Below, in pieces: positions 15,201 to 22,800 of a stretch of DNA of 28,018 bases. The first letter of the stretch is position 1. Each line of letters begins with the position of its first letter. The notes below the pieces were generated by a model. That model made no database searches. It worked only from the letters and a program-made list of their open reading frames with translations, and was not told the DNA's origin. The translations under genes and the position numbers were made by a program. This stretch comes from Candidatus Iainarchaeum sp. (GTDB taxonomy: Archaea; Iainarchaeota; Iainarchaeia; Iainarchaeales; DTGL01): positions 42,793-70,810 of the forward strand of contig JAVYME010000002.1 in the NCBI GenBank assembly GCA_038736825.1, given 5' to 3'.

Positions 15201-17227
15201 CTACAACGACCTCTAGCGGGCGCAGGGTTTCTCCCTGCCCGCCTTATGGTGATGTTTTCATTGACGGCTTTGTGGATGTAACTGATGGACGCTTTATTAA
15301 TGAATTTTTGCTTGGAGCCAGGACTTTGACTGAACAACAAAAAAAGAATGCTGATGTGGACAATGATGGCAGCATTACTGCTAGTGATAAGATTTTGGTT
15401 TCATATTATGCAGTGGGCATTGTAAGCACTTTCCCAGTGTGTTCTTCTGGCGGTGGTTCTGGTCCAAGCCCTCCAGGTCCTACTCCGCCAAGTCCAAGCC
15501 CTCCGGTTTTGCCTCCGGTTTCCGGCTTGCTGATTATTGAGCCAATGCAAACTGTTAGAGTGATTCAACACGTGGAAAACGTGCAACCGCCAACTGCAAA
15601 AAAGGACTTGAATCTCGGGCTTGTTGTTAGTTATACTGATGAAGTTGGATTGGGTGACAAGGTTTCTGAGAGCAAGCAAAGAGTCAAAGCGCTTTTGGCA
15701 AATGTTATCTCTGGCTTGTTCAATGTAAAATTCAAATTGAAAGACCAAAACACTTGCGTTGGCTGGAACGACATGTATGGCTTGACTGGAAAGCATGTTG
15801 CTCCAAAAGTGTTGTTTGATTGGTCTTTCACTTCAGATGACAATTCGCCTGTTTCAATCAACCAGTGTGACAAAAAGCTTTCAGGGGACTTTGTGTTCTG
15901 TGATGCAACCCAGTTTTCCATTGAGCTTTTAAAGAAATTAAACAAGATAAACAAGATAGCCTCTTCAAGCGGGCTTGGCGTGGCAGAATTAACCGAGTTT
16001 GAGGCTTTCCTGATGAATGACAATTTTTCAACCGATTTCAGGAGAGACTTTGACCACTATTATACCAACGGGTTTTTCAGCACTCCAGCATGGTATAAGG
16101 ACTTGCCTTCGCCTTGGTCTTCGTATTTCTTGGATTTGGACAGGTTAAAGTTTTTGCCTGCAAAAATAAGCGAGCCAGGTCTTTACAAGGTTAAACTGGA
16201 ATTCGCTTTTGACGGTGAAAGCTTTAAGTTTTTCACTGCCGGCAAGCCTTCTGCAAAAATCACTGTAAAGTTTGAAAAAGTTCACGGTGTTGGCGTTGAG
16301 GTTATTGATTCACCGTTTTATCGCCTGCCATTCAATGGCCTTGTTGGAACAACCAGAGTGGACGAGGACGGCAAAACCGAGAGAAAGGACTACGGAATTG
16401 GCTTTAACAATCAAAGCGGACCGCTTCCTATTGCAACTTACAACAACAACCTGGTTTCAACTGTGGCGGCAAAAGGCCAAGCCACTTATTTGACTTCAAA
16501 GAAGGCTTCTTTCGAGCAATTGAACCTTACTGAGCGCGGGCAAGTGCTCGTAATAGGCCCAATGAATGAAATAGTGCTTTTGCCAAGCTATCCAATGCCT
16601 GTCTTGCTTGGAATTGAAAGCGTTAAGGGCAAAGCCCAGGCTTTCTATTTGCCATTCCAAAAGAACAGTGTTTATGGTTCGCAATCGCCTTATCTTTCCT
16701 TTTGGACTGGCATTGCAGCGTCAGATTTCCTTAAATGCCGTGATTTCCAGAACAATCCCTTGCCTTACAATCAAGGGGATTCAAAGACAACAAGCCTGGC
16801 AAATGTTTGCAAGATACAGGATGCAAAGGACAAAGCCTATGGCTTTATGTGGGATTATGTTTCAAAGGACAGGGAAAGAATTTTCTTGAAAACAATATTT
16901 TATTCGGCTTGGGCTGATGCAATGGCGGTTTCGCCTGCTTGCATGGATTCCAATGAAAGTGTTTCAATAATTGCTTCAAAGTCGGCTGTTGCTTGGGGCA
17001 CTAACCAGAGTGTTCCATTGCAAGAGGCTGGCTATGGAGTTGACGACTTCAAGGCGGTTGTGGACCGCATTGCCACAAGCGAAATATGCTTTGCTTCTGA
17101 TTCAAGCGGCAAGTACACCTTTTTCTGGAATCCCCAGAAAATAGAGGAAAACCTTGAAGCTGCAAAGAAATTGATTGAGGCAAACTGGAAGTTCAACTGG
17201 CAAAACTATGTTTGCCCCAAGCCTTGA
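12251..17227 (+). CDS. giant secreted multi-domain protein (lectin-like repeats, 2 PKD, Cys-rich modules, FlgD-Ig-like, dockerin, large unassigned C-terminal domain)
   Basis: A GGAGGGGGTG SD precedes ATG 12251; GTG 12242 overlaps the upstream stop. Sec-type signal peptide MNKRILLPLLFFALLASNAIA/QE. PKD domains at ~13500-14010, an FlgD-Ig-like module at ~14546-14821, an S/T-rich linker at ~15039-15220, and a dockerin at 15248-15436. No C-terminal anchor. Confidence 0.9.
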   Translation: MNKRILLPLLFFALLASNAIAQETVTFAANDSEVQKNVVIPLGGKITFLVQGSTEAIKILVLDQDTITPLADTGWIQTNSYTYDFGNNRSGMYYYAVSVKSGGTEKKVGKGLIIVKYTGAFQIEAGTTMATGTWQKVNLTRSFVKPVVIVKSVAGCDDPAEAKGLCDFITPRVRNATSTSFEIMLQDTCGGNFSGQLEVPYIVVEEGRHKVSGFDIEAGKTTAWGFFLIQNTPSAFHWFNPRFEKEPVLITTISSFNGPDPVTTRNKTHYLTIIPALGITLPIGDFRDGFVSILDEPGWVPWPEHRNEEVSYLAITPGIGMIDGRRVVVQNGDLVSHIAKKIEFQGVFDKPPVIIADMQRINGGDWSIMRYANLTKDSAKLYVAETNRLLGCRNGGPHTMEPVGYVLMGEGGTMPACNAFFTTNPDYGEPPLAVKFDASGSIGNIQSYQWTFGDGGTGTGKEVTHVYNNEGEFTAKLKITCSGGETSETQKTIKVEKGINAPLAAAIQADKVKCVAPPCTINFDGSKSTGKITNYDWNFGDGTPNQSGPDLKQVSHTFNQYGKFIVTLTVSDATGNKASATIKIIVGCESAADCKCGDGCYMGVCLHPSIAVNKSVDQIVPFKGSEKEIVTVWTLTNVGTHKAVIKGFWLPGCEGYNCWIELVDAGGAGKKVLPNPGTIPQISCESTASTPAPPGSPTPTPSATCQFNSCEQANPQPCWCGTVLSPSTHPWCCTSGTFSGISDTQEGCKQNPPCSATTTPAPTGPVINSVSHTPEPLVQGSTTTFTVSGTNIEQIKIKVWDLTSITVFESAWVNGTSFTWNGKKNDGTSLRAAGYVYKVYARKGTQEVSSETKNLTIAPAAGASAPEQEKGSLKLFLADDIYVDCEPDSFYTKCYCNGNWTIRQNTKTGQMYSKEWCDYFCDPATAECNPPPTSTGTPIPSDPTQPPTSSTGGNSSTTITDPNTGTTTSSGSSTTTSTDPVTSSTTTSSGRRVSPCPPYGDVFIDGFVDVTDGRFINEFLLGARTLTEQQKKNADVDNDGSITASDKILVSYYAVGIVSTFPVCSSGGGSGPSPPGPTPPSPSPPVLPPVSGLLIIEPMQTVRVIQHVENVQPPTAKKDLNLGLVVSYTDEVGLGDKVSESKQRVKALLANVISGLFNVKFKLKDQNTCVGWNDMYGLTGKHVAPKVLFDWSFTSDDNSPVSINQCDKKLSGDFVFCDATQFSIELLKKLNKINKIASSSGLGVAELTEFEAFLMNDNFSTDFRRDFDHYYTNGFFSTPAWYKDLPSPWSSYFLDLDRLKFLPAKISEPGLYKVKLEFAFDGESFKFFTAGKPSAKITVKFEKVHGVGVEVIDSPFYRLPFNGLVGTTRVDEDGKTERKDYGIGFNNQSGPLPIATYNNNLVSTVAAKGQATYLTSKKASFEQLNLTERGQVLVIGPMNEIVLLPSYPMPVLLGIESVKGKAQAFYLPFQKNSVYGSQSPYLSFWTGIAASDFLKCRDFQNNPLPYNQGDSKTTSLANVCKIQDAKDKAYGFMWDYVSKDRERIFLKTIFYSAWADAMAVSPACMDSNESVSIIASKSAVAWGTNQSVPLQEAGYGVDDFKAVVDRIATSEICFASDSSGKYTFFWNPQKIEENLEAAKKLIEANWKFNWQNYVCPKP
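15248..15436 (+). other. type I dockerin module (two EF-hand-like Ca-binding repeats) inside giant gene 2
   Basis: GDVFIDGFVDVTDGRFINEFLLG ... ADVDNDGSITASDKILVSYYAVG matches the duplicated dockerin repeat (GDvN.DG.v...D...l..yllg). Confidence 0.8.
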
Positions 17228-17237
17228 ATTGTTAAAT

Positions 17238-17274
17238 GCAGGGCAGTGGCTGTTTTAGCCCCTGCCTTTTTTTT
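17238..17274 (+). terminator. hairpin plus T8 tract at the convergent junction of giant gene 2 and cdc6
   Basis: GCAGGG (17238-17243) pairs with CCCTGC (17260-17265), and an inner GGCT/AGCC pairing is possible. A T8 run follows at 17267-17274. Archaeal termination uses oligo-T. Confidence 0.35.
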
Positions 17275-18508
17275 ATTGGTTTAATTGTTTTTCCATTGCG
17301 TTCTTTATTTCTTTTGCTTCCATGGACAAGCGTATCAGTCTTGTGTTGCCTCGCAATCCTTTTCCTGAAGCTGTTGTGGAAAGCAATCCATACATTTCCA
17401 GCTCGTTTATGTATTGCTGGAACCACCTGATGCTTACAGAGTTTTTTTTGTAGGCTGTTGCAAGCCTTCTGTATTCGTCAAAGACTTCCCCTGAAAAAAG
17501 GATTCCCTGTTCTTCGCCTTTCAGTCTTTTAACCCCTTTTTTGTCCATTGTGAGTTTTGCAATTGAAAGCAATACTAGTTGTTGTTGTTCTGGCAGGGTT
17601 GAAATCATTTCAAACACTATTTGTTCTTCCACGCTTTTTCTTGCTTTTTCCACCTCTTTGTCTGTGATTTTGTCGAGGTTTTCTCTTTCTGCTATTTCTC
17701 CTGCGCGCAAGAGCAGCATTACTGCAGTTCTTGCATCCCCTGATTCTTGGGCTGCTATTGCAGATGCAAGGTTTATTGCAGAATCCTGGATGATGCCTTC
17801 ATGGAATGCTTGTGAAGAGCGCTCTTCCAGGATTTTTTTCAATTCTTGTGCATTGTATGGCGGAAAAACAAGCTCTTTTTCGCAAAGCGAGCTCTTGGTT
17901 CTGGGGTCAAGCCTTTCCTTGAAGGTTAGCATGTTGCTTATGCCAATCAAGGAAATAGAGCCTTTTTTGATTTCATCGTTTGCTCTTGTTAGCGCATAAA
18001 CAAGGTCATCCAGGTCTTTCACTTTGTCAATTTCATCCAATGCAATGATTGCAGAAAAGCCTTTTTGCGAGCAAAACTCTGTGAGCTTTTCGTAAATAAA
18101 CGAACCACTATAACCAATAAAGTCCTTTTCAGGGTAAAGGGATTGCACTGTAGTGCTTAAAACCTTGTATTTGCTGTTATAATTCCTGCAATTAAGATAA
18201 ATTGCGGTTGCATTCAATGAGTTTTTTTTAATGAATTCCTGCAACTGGAACAAAACATGCCTTGTGCAGGCAGTTTTGCCTGTGCCAGGCTTGCCGTAAA
18301 GGAACAAATTGTCAGCTTTTTGGCCTGCCAGCGCGGATTTCAATGCCAGAGCCATTTCTTCTATTTGTTTTTCCCTGAACGGAAGCTTTTCAGGCGTATA
18401 ATGAGGGGTTATTTTTTCCCTGTCCTTGAAGATTTTGCTTTCACCAGTCAAGCCTTCAAAAAGGTTTTTTTCCCCCAAATTTTTTCCCCCAAATTTTTTT
18501 TCCACCAA
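17273..18508 (-). CDS. cdc6: Orc1/Cdc6 replication initiator
   Basis: AAA+ Walker A GKPGTGKT, Walker B ALDEIDK, and a C-terminal winged-helix region. The N-terminal motif PEKLPFREKQIEEM is typical of the family. There is no in-frame ATG; candidate starts are TTG 18508, GTG 18505 and TTG 18478. Confidence 0.92.
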   Translation of the reverse strand: MVEKKFGGKNLGEKNLFEGLTGESKIFKDREKITPHYTPEKLPFREKQIEEMALALKSALAGQKADNLFLYGKPGTGKTACTRHVLFQLQEFIKKNSLNATAIYLNCRNYNSKYKVLSTTVQSLYPEKDFIGYSGSFIYEKLTEFCSQKGFSAIIALDEIDKVKDLDDLVYALTRANDEIKKGSISLIGISNMLTFKERLDPRTKSSLCEKELVFPPYNAQELKKILEERSSQAFHEGIIQDSAINLASAIAAQESGDARTAVMLLLRAGEIAERENLDKITDKEVEKARKSVEEQIVFEMISTLPEQQQLVLLSIAKLTMDKKGVKRLKGEEQGILFSGEVFDEYRRLATAYKKNSVSIRWFQQYINELEMYGLLSTTASGKGLRGNTRLIRLSMEAKEIKNAMEKQLNQ

Positions 18509-18509
18509 T
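18465..18509 (-). repeat. homopolymer-built tandem repeat at the cdc6 5' end
   Basis: The minus strand reads A8 TTT G5 / A6 TTT G5 / A7, encoding KKFGG KNLGE KN. Confidence 0.8.
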
Positions 18510-18606
18510 CGGCATAAAACACTAAATAGTTTGGATTCCTAACGTTTTCACTGTTTTGTTTCTGTTTTTAAACGCCCCTTTTCTGTGCCTTTTTCCTTTT
18601 CTTGCG

Positions 18607-18624
18607 TTAATATTAAAATAAATT
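18607..18624 (+). promoter_or_regulatory. TATA-like element for sepF
   Basis: TTAATATTAAAATAAATT lies about 40-55 nt upstream of ATG 18663. Confidence 0.3.
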
Positions 18625-18662
18625 GCTTGAATAGTATAAGTACGTCTTTTTTCAATGGGGTG

Positions 18663-19025
18663 ATGTATTTGGCTTTTGCTAGCAAGCTTTTCAAAAAAGA
18701 ACCAGGCATAGATGTAGAAGAATTCTTGAACACATTGGATGTAGAAGAAGAGGCAATGTATGAGGATGCTGACGCGTTTGTCAAACCCATGACTCTTTCA
18801 ACCCAAGAGGATGCAGCAGCAGTAATGAAAGAGGCAAGGGATGGCAACATTGTTCTCTTGAACATAGAGGGCCTTGCGAAAAGGAATGCAATAAAGCTCA
18901 AAGAACTAATTACCTCCATAAAAAACCAGGTAATGGAAATCGATGGCGATATTGCAAGGATTTCCACTGATCGCGTCCTCATAACGCCAAGCAGGGTAAA
19001 AATAGTCAAGCAAAAAGAGAAGTGA
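18663..19025 (+). CDS. sepF: archaeal cell-division protein SepF
   Basis: N-terminal amphipathic membrane-targeting segment (MYLAFASKLFKK). The core DGNIVLLNIEGL...EIDGDIARISTDRVLITPSRVKI aligns closely with archaeal SepF (e.g. the Haloferax DGNLVIADI...EVDGDIVQKGDDQIVITP pattern). The ORF-track start at 18585 would add an implausible Cys-rich extension overlapping the TATA element. Confidence 0.88.
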   Translation: MYLAFASKLFKKEPGIDVEEFLNTLDVEEEAMYEDADAFVKPMTLSTQEDAAAVMKEARDGNIVLLNIEGLAKRNAIKLKELITSIKNQVMEIDGDIARISTDRVLITPSRVKIVKQKEK

Positions 19026-19052
19026 CAGCCTTAAAGCTTTCACTTCACTTGC

Positions 19053-19060
19053 TTTTTTTT
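19053..19060 (+). terminator. oligo-T tract after sepF
   Basis: A T8 run lies 28 nt downstream of the sepF stop. Confidence 0.25.
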
Positions 19061-19074
19061 CAGAGGGCAATTGA

Positions 19075-19854
19075 ATGCCAAGGCTTGCCGCAGGATTTTT
19101 TGCAATAAAATTTGGCAAGACCGACGCCACAGCCATTGCAGAAAAAAGGATTAAAGAGCACGGTTTTTCCGGACCTGAAATAAGAGAAGCAAGGCTTTTT
19201 TTCTTGCCACGCTATTTTTTTGAATACTGTGTTGTAATTGCATCCGGAGAGAACAGCAAAAAAGTGGTTGATGGTTTCAGTTCAGGCAAAGCCCTTTTTG
19301 ACCCTGTCCTTAAAGAGCTTGTGCCTGACAGCCAAGTGTCTGCACTTGAAGCGGACAGGATTGCGTATGAATTCGAAGAAGAAATTGATTTCAAGGTTTT
19401 CAAGGAAAAATTAAAGAAAAGCGATGCAAAAAAAATTGCAAAAATCCTTTTGTCAAAGGAAAAAAAGGTTCCGCTGTCTTCGCTGCAAATACTTGGTTTT
19501 TCCCTTGTTTTTCTTCCAGTCTGGCATTTTCGCTTTGAAGAAGGGCGAACTTCTTTTGAAATAGAAGTGAATGCCTGCACTGGCGCTCTTAGAGAGATAA
19601 AACCGATTCCCTTCAAGGAAAGCTCTTGGAATGAAGCGTTTGGGGAAACCTTTGCGGATTTGCGCAATCCAAAAAAATGGTTTTCGTATCTTTCTTTAAT
19701 TCCAAAAACAGTTTATGGTTTTTTTGAATGGCTTGCATTCAATCCTTTTCTCAGGCGAACTGCAAGAGCTGTCTGGAAAAACAGGGATTTGCAGATTGCA
19801 ATTCTTTTAGTCATTCTCGCGGTTTTGGTTTTACTTTTTCTCTCTTCAACTTGA
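19075..19854 (+). CDS. hypothetical C-terminally TM-anchored protein with two PepSY-like modules (tentative)
   Basis: A GAGGG SD lies 7 nt upstream. The C-terminal TM helix is LQIAILLVILAVLVLLFLS. There are two modules of the form K.DA..IA...(15-20 aa)...L.FLP.(Y/W).F.(Y/F), and the second ends FEIEVNACTGAL, which resembles PepSY. Confidence 0.7.
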   Translation: MPRLAAGFFAIKFGKTDATAIAEKRIKEHGFSGPEIREARLFFLPRYFFEYCVVIASGENSKKVVDGFSSGKALFDPVLKELVPDSQVSALEADRIAYEFEEEIDFKVFKEKLKKSDAKKIAKILLSKEKKVPLSSLQILGFSLVFLPVWHFRFEEGRTSFEIEVNACTGALREIKPIPFKESSWNEAFGETFADLRNPKKWFSYLSLIPKTVYGFFEWLAFNPFLRRTARAVWKNRDLQIAILLVILAVLVLLFLSST

Positions 19855-19858
19855 TGCT

Positions 19859-22800
19859 TTAAGCAAAATCTCCGAGGGATTTTTGGGAAACAGCGTCATT
19901 TCTGAAAACCGAATTTATTTCCTCTTCTATTAGTGCAAGCCTTTGCCCGAGATAATCGCTCAAACCATACTCTTTCACTATTTTTTTTGCAATTTCCAGG
20001 TATTTGGTTACACTGCCCGGCGCTATGGTGAGAATTATGTTTCCTTTTTCGCATTTTGAGCATTTTCCGCTTAAGGGAATGCGGCGATATTTTGCATTGC
20101 AGTTGGTGCACCTGAATTCTTGCCTTCCAAAGGCGCGAGTGTTGCCAATTATGTCTGGCATGAAATGGCTTGCAATAAGGCGTTCAAGCGAGTCCTTTAA
20201 GTCCACTGCAGCAATCTTGCTTTGAAGCCTTGCCTGCGCCATTATTTTTTCCTCCATTGACTGCAATTGCACATATTTTGAAACAGTCGGGCCGTCTGCA
20301 AAGTCTTGTGTTTCATGAGTGAATCCAAACCCTGAATACTGTCTTTCGGTTCCAAGCCTGTCTTGCACTATGTCCACGCCTTTTATTTCCGGAGGGGCAA
20401 ATTCGAGTGCTTTCAGGTAGAGCTCTAAAGGGTATTCATTGCAGGTTTCCATTTCGTACACTTCAGTGTCTATTTCTTCTGGAATCAATGCCACTGTGAA
20501 CACCAGTGGAGCATCCATTCGTCCACCTCGCGATGAAGGAAGATAGCTTTGCGAAAAATTCAGCAGTCCGTCAAGCAAAAGCATTATGGAATCCTGGTCG
20601 CCGTCTGCATTTCTTCTTTTGGTTTGGTGAAAATACGGGTGGGCAAAACAGGCTCTTGCTTTTGTAAAACCGATTATTCTGCCAATTATTGCAGCTGATG
20701 TGTGTGGAGCAAGCCCTAATACGAGTTCTCCAATCAAATCCTGCCGGTTTTTTGCATTAAAATGTCTTTTCAGTCCATAAAATTTTTCCAGTTCTTCGTC
20801 CAAAAAAGCGCTTACTTTTACGAAAAAATCCCCTGCTGCTTCATGGATTATCAGGTCTTGCGGGTGCAATTCCAAAACTTGGTTTTTTTCAGTTAATGGT
20901 TTTCCATAGATGTCTTTTTCATAGCCAAGCTCTCTAAGCTTTTCAATGCTTGTGCTTGTTTCTGCAGGCTTGAAGTGGGTGAGCGGATTGTTTATTAGTT
21001 CATACCTTATTGTTCCGTCTCTGAATATGTGGAGATCGTGTCTTGCGCGCAAGAGCCCTTTTCCCAATGGCTCTGCTGTTTTTTCCGCGTTTATCATTCC
21101 CCTTACGCCTTTCACCAGGTCTGGCACTTTTATTCCCATCCGTTCTGCCTCTTTTTTCACAAGCAAGTCTATTCTTTCCTTTCTTTTTCCAAAAGCTTTC
21201 GCCATAGAACCGCATTTCGGGCATTTTTCTGTTTTTATGATTGTGCCGCATTCCTGGCAAGCATTGGTTTTTTCTGTGCGGTTTCCACAATAAGGGCAAA
21301 ACGCGAAAGGCACCACTGAATTGCATTCCTTGCACTTGAAATTGCCAACCTCTATTTCTATGCCACCACTTTGCTCTGAAACAATCATTGCCTTGTTTAT
21401 GCTTCTAGTGCTCCCGCCATAGTTTCCGATTGGGAATAAAACGTGAGGGTTTCCCTTCATTTTTCTGGGCGAAGAAGCTTCAGGCCGGCCCATTCTCACT
21501 CCAATGAAAGAGCCAGCCTTGTCCCTTAACCTCAAACCGCTTGCCTTTCGCAGAATCGAAAGCGCGTCTTCGCCTTCCAAAACCGGTTTTTTTTCGTTTA
21601 AGGCTCCAAAGACTGTGAGAAAGGCTTCCGCTTGCCTTTCTCCAACAATTATTTTTTTTTCCTGGAGTGAATGCTCTAAACCTATTTTTTCCAGCAAGGC
21701 TTTTGTTTTTTCCTTTAAATCCAAAAATGCCCCGGTTATTTTTTTGCCTTCAATTTTTTTTTCTGCTTTTGCGCATTCTTTTACCAAAAAAAGGGTTTCC
21801 TCTGTTGTTAGGGCTGAATAGTATTGAGTGAAGGCTGGATGCAATGGTATGCCGAGCTCCATTGAAATTTTGAGCGCTGAATGGCAGTCCAGAGAACGCG
21901 GTTCCCTTATTGTTTTTTCCAAATCAATGCCCTCTATTTTTTTGTCCTTGGATGCCTCTCTTAATTCTAGCGCCCACCATTCCTCGTTATAGCCTGCAGG
22001 CAATAGCCTGTGCGCACTATACCTGAAATCGCCGTATGCCACCAGCAAGTCTCCAAGAAAAAGAATTTTTTCAAGTTTTGGCATTATTTCCTCTGCTTCC
22101 TTTGCAGAATGCAATTGCCTTACCTCGCCGTCCTTCAACAAAACTATTGGCCCCTCTATTGAATCCACAGCACTTATACTGCCTGCCTTGCCAGGCCGTT
22201 CCACTTTCACTTGAGTGCCAATTGCAATGAAATCATCAAGTATTTTCATTGTGGCTGGATGGATTGCCTTGCACATTATGCCCATTGCCCTGGTTCTGCC
22301 ATACCTTAACCTGAACCCTCCAAAGCGAGAGGGATAGGCAAAAATCGGCCTGCCGGCTGCAATTCCTTCAAGGTATTTGTCTTTGGGTTCAAGGCTTTCG
22401 CCCTTTTCCTTGCCATGCTTTATTATTTGCTCAAGCCATGACCAGTCCAATCCAAGCAATTCTGCAAACTTTAATATTTTTCTTGCCTTGAGCGCAATTC
22501 CCTCGCTTATGACAAGACACATTCCACCGCGCACTCTGTTGTGCGGTATTCTCGGCAAATCCCTGTGAACTGAAACCTCTCTTTCCTCTGTTGGCTCGCC
22601 ATTAATGCAAACAGGGCATCCTTCCACTATTTTCCTCACTTCCTCTTCAGTTATCCTGTACTGCCTGCTCACAATGCCTTCATAAATTTGTGTTTCCTCC
22701 ACATACCTTTCCACTTCATCCTTTGTGGGCCTATAACGGTCCAAACCCATTAACTTTCTCGCATAATCACCCAAAATCAGGGGCAAAACCTGAGAGGTTC

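Noticed and set aside
16900-17227. Looked for a diversity-generating retroelement (VR at the C-terminus of a giant surface protein, TR copy, reverse transcriptase)
   Set aside because: The window contains no RT gene. I found no second near-identical ~100-nt copy of the C-terminal coding regions with A-specific mismatches. The C-termini also lack a CLec-type VR signature. A TR/RT outside the window cannot be excluded.
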